From NCBI RefSeq assembly GCF_964204645.1, contig NC_134030.1:22342210-22406209 (forward strand): a stretch of 64,000 bases of DNA. Reading direction: 5' to 3'. Made by a program: the position numbers and the translations under genes. Below are positions 12,740-24,700 of the stretch, piece after piece. This DNA comes from Tubulanus polymorphus (lineage: Eukaryota; Animalia; Nemertea). Each line of letters begins with the position of its first letter. The stretch's first letter is position 1. The notes below the pieces were generated by a model that had not been told where the DNA came from, did no database searches, and was given only the letters and a program-made list of their open reading frames with translations.

Positions 12740-15700
12740 TCAAACAGCACTCCCCTCCTGGCCACTACCATTACCTGCATTAATCCTACTAGACTCGGGG
12801 TTCACTCTTTCGCCCCGCAAATGGTTCATTTCCCCTCCACGACAACCTACAAATAAAAACAAATCATAAAATACAATTGTCCGATTGTGATATAATTGTG
12901 TTTGGATAACTGTCTGCTCTGCTTTGAATATTGCTCTGCTTTTTTTAATAATCTTGCTGTTGTATTATATGAGTACCCTTACAGTTTTCTCTGCTTTAAA
13001 TGACGTGTCAAGTGCGTGTCACGTGTCAAACTGTTTTATGTTGTTTGTATTACATCTGATTACTTAATTTGTCTCTTTGTTCTGGGTCGTAAATACCTCA
13101 CAATTTTTTCATAACACTAGTATTCTTGAAGTTTAGGATAAACTCCAAACGATGAATAAACTATTAGCTCGAGGAATACAATTTTTCTAAAGATGACTAT
13201 TAGGATATAGTTGAAACGTTGAATAAACTACACTAGCTCAAGGAATACAGTATTCCTGAAGATGACTATTAGGATATAGTCGAAACGTTGAATAAACTAC
13301 ACTAGCTCAAGGGATACAGTATTCCTGAAGATGGCTATCAGGATAAAGTCGAAACGTTGAATAAACTACACTAGCTCAAGGAATACAGTATTCCTGTAGA
13401 TGACTATTAGGATATAGTCAAAACGTTGAATAAACTACACTAGCTCAAGGAATACAGTATTCCTGAAGATGACTATTAGGATAAAGTCGACACGTTGAAT
13501 AAACTACACTAGCTCAAGGAATACAGTATTCCTGAAGATGACTATTAGGATATAGTCGAAACGTTGGATAAACTACACTAGCTCAAGGAATACAGTATTC
13601 CTGAAGATGACTATTAGGATATAGTCGACACGTTGAATAAACTACACTAGCTCAGGGAATACAGTATTCCTGAAGATGACTATTAGGATATAGTCGAAAC
13701 GTTGAATAAACTACACTAGCTCAAGGAATACAGTATTCCTGAAGATGACTATTAGGATATAGTCGAAACGTTATTGCCACCATAGACTACCGCCCCCTAG
13801 CTCTTTGGAGACAGGGAACCAGTCTTCAATTCAATTCAGAATTTATTTTACAGAAAAGCGGTTTTTAAGTTTTAGATATTCAAACTGAAAAATATAAATG
13901 TTCATACAGAGATTTTACAAATGGCCGCTAACGCAAGCACCCAATGAAAGTAAAAGAAAATAAAAAGAATTTTTTAAAAACGTGAAAGTAAATATTTTTT
14001 GTGAAATTTTATTTGTGTCAATAAAGAATGAATTGAATTGTCAGCAGCACTATGCCGCGCATGAATACCAATTTCAAGAATGATCACGCACGCTCAACCA
14101 AGGTTGGTATGCGCTGCTAAAATAACAAAAACGATTTAAAAAAATCATAAAACAATGAAAACGACAACCGTAATAGCCAATATACGAAAGCAACCTAGAT
14201 TTTATTACTGCATTAAATGTGTGTAAATATCAGAGCCCAAGAACGTTTCTAACGAAAGTTATAGACTCCCCAAGCAACTTATCAATCCGTGTGATAGCAA
14301 TATGGGCTTGCAAGCATGCAAGCCCATGATAAAATGCGCGCCATTTTGTTTTGGGTTTCACATTAGGCTTTCCCATTGGGCTTTCCCAATGACATCAGAA
14401 ACGCCGAAATTCCCGGAATGTCCTGTATATCCCACAAACAGCCAATCACATTCATTGTAGCTCAGGTTACAAGGTCAACTCAAATAAATAGAAGCGAGGA
14501 AATTTAGGGGGTTTATAAAGTGAGGGCCTGTAGGTCGAAAAGTACATTGAGATCAGTCGAACTAAAAACGGCAACACTTCCAGGAAGGATTGAACTTTTA
14601 TATATTTCAATTCCACGCATGCAAATTGCCATATGTAAAAACGTGCCATTACTTAGTGCTAAAAAGCAGGGTTTCACGTGTTTTTCAAGAATAAGTCCCC
14701 TGAAAATATCTCGATCATGAAATTTTTGTGGCCTCGAGAACTCATTAAGCCAAACCATGACACCAAAAATCAACACTATTGGTTCAACAGCCAGTGTTTA
14801 TGCCTTGTTGACACACCGGTACTCTATTCATTTTCAATGAAAACTGCTTCATCAGACCGTTTGCATATGCTACGGTTCGCCAAAAATGTACAAACGTTTA
14901 TTAATACTCAACCCAACGTTGAATTCAATTTCAAGCACTCTTTCACCATTATCGAGGGTTGACTGTACATGTTTATAGAGGGAGAGTAGATAATTTTGGA
15001 TGGATCCTCTAATCTCTCCAGCCTTTTCATTTTAAGCATTATGTAAATGAATTATTACAGAACTTATAATTTCCACATCTACACGGTTCATCATTAGGTC
15101 AATTGTAAATAACGTAGATTCTGCAGTTGTTTATTACAAGTTTGGCGACAAAAACAGTTAATTTGGCAGGATTAATCATCAATGTTTTCAATGTTAATAC
15201 AACTTACAGCAATTACATGTACACGGCCCACTTCTCAACAGCACTGCAAATAGAAAATAATACAACAGTTTATTCTACAGTTACTGTGAATATTAATCTT
15301 TGTCAATTTCAAAGAAGGTTATTTTATAAAACAGTGACACACTTCGTTATCAGGTTCATCGGCAGCAGGTAATTTGCAAGTCACTAAAAACAAACAAACA
15401 AATTATTCTAATTTGCGATAATCCTTTCTATGATTCTACGATGGTATTTTCCTATGACACTTACAGCAACAACAAACACATAGTTCATTGTCCGACGAGT
15501 TTTCTTGATCATTAGGTTTTCTGCACCGCACTGTCAATTAGAAATAACACAGTATGTTATTTCTGCAGTTTATTAGGGTTTTCAGAAATTAACGATGGTT
15601 TTATGTAAAACTTACAGCAGCCACGACGCCACATTATAAACAGTATTATCGGAATCAGTAATATCAGTATACCGATTACAGCACCAGCCACTATTCCTCC

Positions 15701-18700
15701 ATTCCATCCATCTGGAACTGAAATTCAAACTAATCAGCAATTTTTATTAAATCATATATAAAACCTAGAAATAGTTCCATTGTAACAATTGATTAACATT
15801 GAGTAAGTCCACACCAAAGAAAACCCTGTTTCTCGGGCCTGACCGCCACAGTATTTCGCCAAGTCATCTAGTCATCCAGCCATCCAGTCACCCAATACGG
15901 CCTGAAGTATCTTAGTCAGTAACTTAGTCATCCAGTCACCCAGTCACCCAGTCATCCAGTCCCCCTGTCACCAGGTGCCCAAGTCACCAAGTCCCCCAGT
16001 CATCCAGTCCCCCAGTCACCAAGTCCCCCAGTCACCCAGTCACCCAGTCATCCAGTCACCCAGTCACTCAGTCCCCCAGTCACTCAGTCCCCCAGTCATC
16101 CAGTCCCCCTGACACTCACTCACCCAGTCCCCCAGTCATCCAGTCCCCCTGTCATTCACTCACCCAGTCCCCCAGTCATCCAGTCCCCAGTCACCAAGTC
16201 CCCCAGTCACCAAGTCATCCAGTCCCCCTGTCACCCAGTCACCAAGTCATCCAGTCCCCCAGTCATCCAGTCCCCCTGTCACAAAGTCCCCCAGTCATCC
16301 AGTCACCCAGTCCCCCAGTCACCCAGTCCCCCAGTCACTCAGTCCCCCAGTCATCCAGTCCCCCTGTCACTCACTCATCCAGTCACCCAGTCCCCCTGTC
16401 ACTCACTCACCCAGTCCCCCAGTCACCCAGTCACTCAGTCCCCCAGTCACCCAGTCCCCCAGTCACCCAGTCCCCCAGTCACTCAGTCCCCCAGTCACCC
16501 AGTCACTCAGTCCCCCAGTCACCCAGTCCCCCAGTCACCCAGTCACCCAGTCCCCCAGTCACTCAGTCCCCCAGTCACCCAGTCACCCAGTCACTCAGTC
16601 CCCCAGTCACCCAGTCACTCAGTCCTCCAGTCACCCAGTCCCCCAGTCACCCAGTCACCCAGTCCCCCAGTCACTCAGTCCCCCAGTCACCCAGTCACCC
16701 AGTCACTCAGTCCCCCAGTCACCCAGTCCCCCAGTCACCCAGTCACCCATTCCCCCAGTCACCCAGTCCCCCAGTCACCCAGTCACTCAGTCCCCCAGTC
16801 ACCCAGTCCCCCAGTCACTCAGTCCCCCAGTCCCCCAGTCACTCAGTCCCCCAGTCACCCAGTCACTCAGTCCCCCAGTCACCCAGTCACTCAGTCCCCC
16901 AGTCACCCAGTCCCCCAGTCACTCAGTCCCCCAGTCACCCAGGCCCCCAGTCACTCAGTCCCCCAGTCACCCAGTCACTCAGTCCCCCAGTCCCCCAGTC
17001 ACCCAGTCACCCAGTCCCCCAGTCACTCAGTCCCCCAGTCACCCAGTCCCCCAGTCACCCAGTCACTCAGTCCCCCAGTCACCCAGTCCCCCAGTCACCC
17101 AGTCACCCAGTCACTCAGTCCCCCAGTCACCCAGTCCCCCAGTCACCCAGTCCCCCAGTCACTCAGTCCCCCAGTCACCCAGTCACTCAGTCCCCCAGTC
17201 ACCCAGTCCCCCAGTCACTCAGTCCCCCAGTCACCCAGTCACTCAGTCCCCCAGTCACCCAGTCACTCAGTCCCCCAGTCACCCAGTCCCCCAGTCACTC
17301 AGTCCCCCAGTCACCCAGTCACCCAGTCCCCCAGTCACCCAGTCCCCCAGTCACTCAGTCCCCCAGTCACCCAGTCCCCCAGTCACTCAGTCCCCCAGTC
17401 ACTCAGTCCCCCAGTCACCCAGTCCCCCAGTCACTCAGTCCCCCAGTCACTCAGTCCCCCAGTCACCCAGTCCCCCAGTCACTCAGTCCCCCAGTCACTC
17501 AGTCCCCCAGTCACCCAGTCCCCCAGTCACCCAGTCCCCCAGTCACCCAGTCCCCCAGTCACTCAGTCCCCCAGTCACCCAGTCCCCCAGTCACTCAGTC
17601 CCCCAGTCACTCAGTCCCCCAGTCACCCAGTCCCCCAGTCACCCAGTCCCCCAGTCACTCAGTCCCCCAGTCACCCAGTCCCCCAGTCACCCAGTCCCCC
17701 AGTCACTCAGTCCCCCAGTCACCCAGTCCCCCAGTCACCCAGTCCCCCAGTCACCCAGTCCCCCAGTCACTCAGTCCCCCAGTCACCCAGTCCCCCAGTC
17801 ACTCAGTCCCCCAGTCACTCAGTCCCCCAGTCACCCAGTCCCCCAGTCACCCAGTCCCCCAGTCACTCAGTCCCCCAGTCACCCAGTCCCCCAGTCAATG
17901 AAGTTACAAATTTCAAAATAAGAAAATACAACATACAAGACACATGCGTAATTCACACAGAATAACATAAACATGTAATTTTAAATGACAATGTCTACTT
18001 CAACCCAGACTCAAGAGGATATCGAGTGACAGCCAAACCGAGCAGGAACCCCGGGCCGGCTGACTAGGCCATACAAACGATATGCTCCAAAGTAATTATG
18101 ACGCAGACATCAAAAGAGCTCTTTCTTCAACTATGGAGGCAATGAAGTTGCAGACCAGCTTAGAATGAAGTCGTGAGTGAAGTCGGTCGCAAGTTATCAA
18201 TTATTGACAATTTTCAATAAAGAAATTACATGAAACCACTACTAGAGTCGAAGACCTGTATCATCTACCCAATCGCCAAATCTCATAATTCCCCAAATAT
18301 CTTAAAACTTTGATTTCAAATTTGCAATTCCACATTAGCTTATCCCAAAAATTCTACATTTTTTCGCAGGCGCCAAATAATTTATTAAAATTGATTTTCT
18401 TGTTGGAAACAAAGTTGGAAACATGAGTAACAAAGCAAAGCTTATTTTGCGGGCAAATTTCCGCTAGAAGTGTGGCAGGATTTAGCAACTAGATTATTAT
18501 TGAAACATGTCAAAGAAAGCCAGGTGTCATATATTGATAAACTAATGATGTATTCATAATTCAGTAATAGTTATAGAAAAATACTGTTGCTAAAGTAGTT
18601 ATCTTCATTACCTTGAGCAGGATCCACTGTATCATTAGCAGCAGGATTTTCGGGGAAAGAAGTGACTGAAAACAAACAAAATAGATTGATATGGTATTTT

Positions 18701-21700
18701 ATTTTGCTCTGATGGTCTTTTTCTCTATGGAAACTTAAGCAGTAATAAACACATATTGACCTCGATGCAGCAATTACAACTTAACAGTTTATCACCCAAT
18801 CACCCAATACGCCCTGCCACTCAGTCCCCCAGTCATCCAGTCCCCCAGTCATCAAATCATCCAGTCATCAAGTCGCCCAGTCACCCAATACACCCTGTCA
18901 CTCAGTCCCCCAGTCTCCCAGTCACCCAGCCACCCAGTCGTTCAGTCCCCCAGTCATCCAGTCCCCCTGTCACTCAGTCCCCCAGTCATCAAGTCGCCCA
19001 GTCACCCAATACACCCTGCCACCCAGTCCCCCAGTCACCCAGTCCTCCAGTCTCCCAGTCACCCAGCCACCCAGTCGTTCAGTCCCCCAGTCATCCAGTC
19101 CCCCAGTCACCCAGTCATCAAGTCGCCAGGTCACCCAATACACCCTGTCACTCAGTCCCCCAGTCACCCAGTCATCAAGTCGCCCAATCACCCAATACAC
19201 CCTGCGACCCAGTCCCTCAGTCCCCCAGTCATCAAGTCACCCAATCACCCAATACACCCTGTCACTCAGTCCCCCAGTCACCCAGTCATCAAGTCGCCCA
19301 ATCACCCAATACACCCTGCCACCCAGTCCCCCAGTCACCCAGTCATCAAGTCGCCCAGTCACCCAATACACCCTGCGACCTAGTCCCTCAGTCCCCCAGT
19401 CATCAAGTCGCCCAATCACCCAATACACCCTGTCACTCAGTCCCCCAGTCATCCAGTCATCAAGTCGCCCAGTCACCCAATACACCCTGCGACCCAGTCC
19501 CTCAGTCCCCCAGTCATCAAGTCGCCCAATCACCCAATACACCCTGTCACTCAGTCCCCCAGTCATCCAGTCATCAAGTCGCCCAGTCACCCAATACACC
19601 CTGCCACCCAGTCCCCCAGTCACCGAGTCCCCAAGTCATCCAGTCACCCAGTCGTTCAGTCCCCCAGTCATCCAGTCCCCCTGTCACTCAGTCCCCCAGT
19701 CACTCAGTCCCCCAATCACCCAGCGTGAGAGTCAATTTGAGTTTCTGTAAATATATTCTAGGAGTTAACAAATTTACATCTAATGCTGCTGTTATCGGTG
19801 AACTAGGCATACCCTGTATTAATAAAAGCTCTTGTACATAGTAGTAAATGTTGGTTTAACTGTTGTGAATCTAGCACATCTACATTAGTGAGACAGGTAA
19901 ATATAGAATGCTTATCATTGATGCACCAACAAACATGAATGCTGAGGAGGCCTCTAAATTTCTGTGAATAGACGTTCATAACATTGTTCCTAAATAACTC
20001 TCGTCGCTTATCGCATCCCGCCATTATTTTTCATTCCTCCCTCTCCCTCCCCTATCTCCTCCCCCTCCCCCTCTCTCCCTACCCCTCTCCCCCCTAAAAT
20101 ATTCCTAAAATTGGTCGGGTCTGGTGTATGAACCAATTAAGTTGATTGACATGCTAGTTCTTTGCTGTAACTCCAGTAAATATATTATTTTTGTCCTCTT
20201 AAATTTTATCGTGCGTTTTATATCGTATTTTTAATTCTTGTGGATTTTATTCTCTGAATTTCTTTTTTATTTTTTTCTCTGTTCCTAAATTGCTTTTTGT
20301 GTAAAACTTTCCTAAGTTGCAATAAAGAATGAATTGAGTTGAAATCATCCAGTCATCCAGCTACCCAGTCACACAGTCACCCAGTCATCTAGTCACCCAG
20401 TCATCCAGTTACCCAGGAAGAAAGACACTCTAAATATTTGGATGGATATATGAAAGCTGTGGGTACTGGAGTGTGTAATGGGTAGTGTAGTGTGATCTGT
20501 GTGCATTTGTGGCCAGCACACAGATCACATTGTTCAATGGGGTTTGGTCCAGGTCTCGCGAGATTTTCAACAACACGGAAGTAACGTGTAATAAATGATG
20601 ACTTGAATTGCATGACTACCTACCACCCCTCATTATTGTTGGAAAACTAAACGTTCGGCACTGACTAAAAATTAGTAATAACATTTTAGAAATGGCCAGA
20701 ATTTTAACATAGGTTCTATCTCATTTTTATTTTACAATTGCGATTGGTATAATTTTTTTTTAAACGGCCGTTAAGGCTTCATGTTTCGTCTGCAATTCAC
20801 TGTAAATAGTTACGCAACTACGCACATTTCAGTGTTTTTGGCAGCTGTACACTCAATCGGCACCGTTCGTGACTAGCTTCACTGCGGAATTATCATTAAT
20901 TAACATCGCCATATCACATCATCAGCTTATATTGTGCCTTAAAACCCTAACAGCCGAAATAATTGAAATGCACACACGATTTCTATCATTGAAAATTGAG
21001 AGAATGGCCGTGTTTTTGTTCTGCTGCTTCGCGTAAATCCCGCGCGGCCGCGCGGAGTGGGGCCGATACGTCCAGTTTTTATCGGTTGTTTTCCTTTTAC
21101 GTAATCTATTCCATAAATACATTTTATCTTACATGTTATATCATTCTTTCTTGTAGAGTAGTTTCTATTATCCGCCAATCAATATTAGTCACCTTAATAT
21201 AACAAACCTCATTTAGGATGATGCGATCTTGGAGTAATCATTTGTCAAATGATTACTCCAAGACGCGATACAGCTTCTGCATTAAACTTGATTGTCAGCA
21301 GTAGAATTGCCAACCAGATCCAGATCTTCAACACATTAACGTGTTACGACCTTGAAATACGACCTTGTTGGAGTGGGGCCGATACGTCCAGTCACCCAGT
21401 CATACATTCACCCGGTCATCCAGTCGCCTATTCACCTAGTCCCCCAGTCACCCAGTCCCCCAGTTATCCAGTCACCCAGTCCCCCAGTTATCCAGCCACC
21501 CAGTCACACAGTCCCCCAGTCACCCGGTAACTCAGTCCCCCAGTCGCCCAGTCACCCAGTCCCCCGTTCGCCCAGTCACCCAATACACCCAGCCACCAAT
21601 CCCCCAGTCACCCAATACACCAAGCCACCAATCCCCCAGTCACCCAATACACCCAGCCACCAATCCCCCAGTCACCCAATACACCCAGCCACCAATCCCC

Positions 21701-24700
21701 CAGTCACCCAATACACCCAGCCACCAATCCCCCAGTCACCCAATACACCCAGACCCCCAGTAACTCAGTTCCCCCAGTCACCCAGTTCCCCCAGTCACCC
21801 AGTCCCCAAGTCATCCAGCTACCCAGTCATCCAGTCACCCAGTCCCCCAGTCACCCAGTCCCCCAGTCACCCAGTCATCCAGTCCCCCAGTAACTCAGTC
21901 CCCCCAGTCACCTAGTCCCCCAGTCACCCAGTCCCCCAGTTATCCAGTCCATCCTCCGTTCGCCCAGTCACCCAACACACCCAGCCACCAATCCCCCAGT
22001 CACCCAATACACCCAGCCACCAATCCCCCAGTCACCCAATACACCCAGCCACCAATCCCCCAGTCACCCAATACACTCAGTCCCCCAGTAACTCAGTCAT
22101 CCAGTCCCCCAGTCATCCAGTTCCCCAGTAACTCAGTCCCCCCAGTCACCTAGTCCCCCAGTCACCCAGTCCCCCAGTTATCCAGTCCATCCTCCGTTCG
22201 CCCAGTCACCCAACACACCCAGCCACCAATCCCCCAGTCACCCACTCAGTCCCCCAGTAACTCAGTCATCCAGTCCCCCAGTCATCCAGTCCCCCAGTAA
22301 CTCAGTCCCCCCAGTCACCTAGTCCCCCAGTCACCCAGACCCCCAGTTATCCAGTCCTCCGTTCGCCCAGTCACCCAATACACCCAGCCACCAATCCCCC
22401 AGTCACCCAATACACCCAGCCACCAATCCCCCAGTCACCCAATACACCCAGCCACCAATCCCCCAGTCACCCAATACACCCAGCCACCAATCCCCCAGTC
22501 ACCCAATACACCCAGCCACCAATCCCCCAGTCACCCAATACACTCAGTCCCCCAGTAACTCAGTCATCCAGTCCCCCAGTCATCCAGTCCCCCAGTAACT
22601 CAGTCCCCCCAGTCACCTAGTCCCCCAGTCACCCAGTCCCCCAGTTATCCAGTCCTCCGTTCGCCCAGTCACCCAATACACCCAGCCACCAATCCCCCAG
22701 TCACCCAATACACCCAGCCACCAATCCCCCAGTCACCCAATACACTCAGTCCCCCAGTAACTCAGTCATCCAGTCCCCCAGTCATCCAGTCCCCCAGTAA
22801 CTCAGTCCCCCCAGTCACCTAGTCCCCCAGTCACCCAGTCCCCCAGTTATCCAGTCCTCCGTTCGCCCAGTCACCCAATACACCCAGCCACCAATCCCCC
22901 AGTCACCCAATACACCCAGCCACCAATCCCCCAGTCACCCAATACACTCAGTCCCCCAGTAACTCAGTCATCCAGTCCCCCAGTCATCCAGTCCCCCAGT
23001 AACTCAGTCCCCCCAGTCACCTAGTCCCCCAGTCACCCAGTCCCCCAGTTATCCAGTCCTCCGTTCGCCCAGTCATCCAATACACCCAGCCACCAATCCC
23101 CCAGTCATCCAATACACTCAGTCCCCCAGTAACTCAGTCATCCAGTCCCCCAGTCATCCAGTCCCCCAGTAACTCAGTCCCCCCAGTCACCTAGTCCCCG
23201 AGTCACCCAGTCCCCCAGTTATCCAGTCCTTCGTTCGCCCAGTCACCCAATACACCCAGCCACCAATCCCCCAGTCATCCAATACACCCAGCCACCAATC
23301 CCCCAGTCACCCAATACACCCAGCCACCAATCCCCAGGTCACCCAATACACCCAGCCACCAATCCCCCAGTCACCCAATACACCCAGCCACCAATCCCCC
23401 AGTCACCCAATACACCCAGCCACCAATCCCCCAGTCACCCAATACACCCAGCCACCAATCCTCCAGTCATTCAATACACCCAGCCACCAATCCCCCAGTC
23501 ACCCAATACACCCAGCCACCAATCCCCCAGTCACCCAATACACCCAGCCACCAATCCTCCAGTCATTCAATACACCCAGCCACCAATCCTCCAGTCATTC
23601 AATACACCCTTGCACCCCGTTTTCATAGTTTCCAAACTACAAGAAGTATGAGAAGTACAAATTGAATTGCAGATACAAATTGAACTCAAAATGAAGATGT
23701 GACGATTTATTATGGTGAATCAAATAAGTTTGAATTTAATTCATCTGCTTAAGAGATGAATGCCTTGAGTTAATTTAGTTGTACGGAATAAAATCATCTG
23801 TTCAAATTCAGATAAGAAATTCATCTATTTGTGATCCGCAATCTCACCTGGTTCATCAGTTGGACCGGCGTTATGATAACCAGCGACATCAATGACCCTT
23901 TCATTAATACCATCAGCCAAACACCGCCCTCTATAGTCAGTTGTGGTACTGTTTACGATAGGTATCGTTATATTCCACTGAGAGTTTGATAGTTTTTGAA
24001 CGACAGCTGGAGGGTCACATGTAACTTGTTGAGTCAATGGGTTACTATTAACTGTTACATTATACGCTGCGTGTGTTTTATTTTCACTGGATTTCTTGTA
24101 AACTGGTGCAGCAAAATCTGATTGAAAAAAAAATTTGTGTGAAGGTTGTTTACAAACATGCTGCCCTGGCATAGTTCTGAAAACCTGTCATAGTAGACCC
24201 ATATCATCTTTCGGCTGGGATTCGAAATAGTGACATTGTTTAGGGTGGATCGGTCTACTATGACAGGGATTACCTACTACCGGGTTAGGAAACTGTTATT
24301 CTTAAGGCTGGCTTATGTCGACAAGCAACGCCTACCAACGCAACTGGGTTTATCGCAATGACCGGCTAGCTATGTTCTACTCCGGCCAACGGTAGGCGGG
24401 CAGTTGCTTTCGATCGCAGCCGACATAAGCTTATCTGCGACGCGACGGAACTGAGCGCAGGGGTTCCAGCCAATGAGAGACCGCATATACATAGTACAAA
24501 TGACCGCTAGTTAGCGTCATTCGTAATTAGTCATAAACTTTCAAATTAAAGTAGTTCAAACCGTAAACCAAACCTTCAGCACGGCAGAGGACTGGACCGA
24601 AGATCTAGAAACGAAATTGGTGTGAATTATTGTGTGAGCGGCCATCTTTATAGATGTCGCTAGCTCATTGTATTCAAAACAGAATAAGAAATATAAAGTT

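Noticed and set aside
13113-13772. CRISPR-like appearance of regular repeats (also the 82-bp and 117-bp arrays)
   Set aside because: No unique spacers, no cas genes, and a eukaryotic context.
14780-14962. Additional candidate cytoplasmic exons of gene A
   Set aside because: Acceptors exist, but the phase-1 frames stop quickly or lack good donors. They cannot be excluded as alternative ends.
18756-21915. 361-aa and 187-aa Pro/Ser/Gln-rich ORFs
   Set aside because: Read-through of an intronic minisatellite, antisense to gene A; the tail of the first is a LINE relic.
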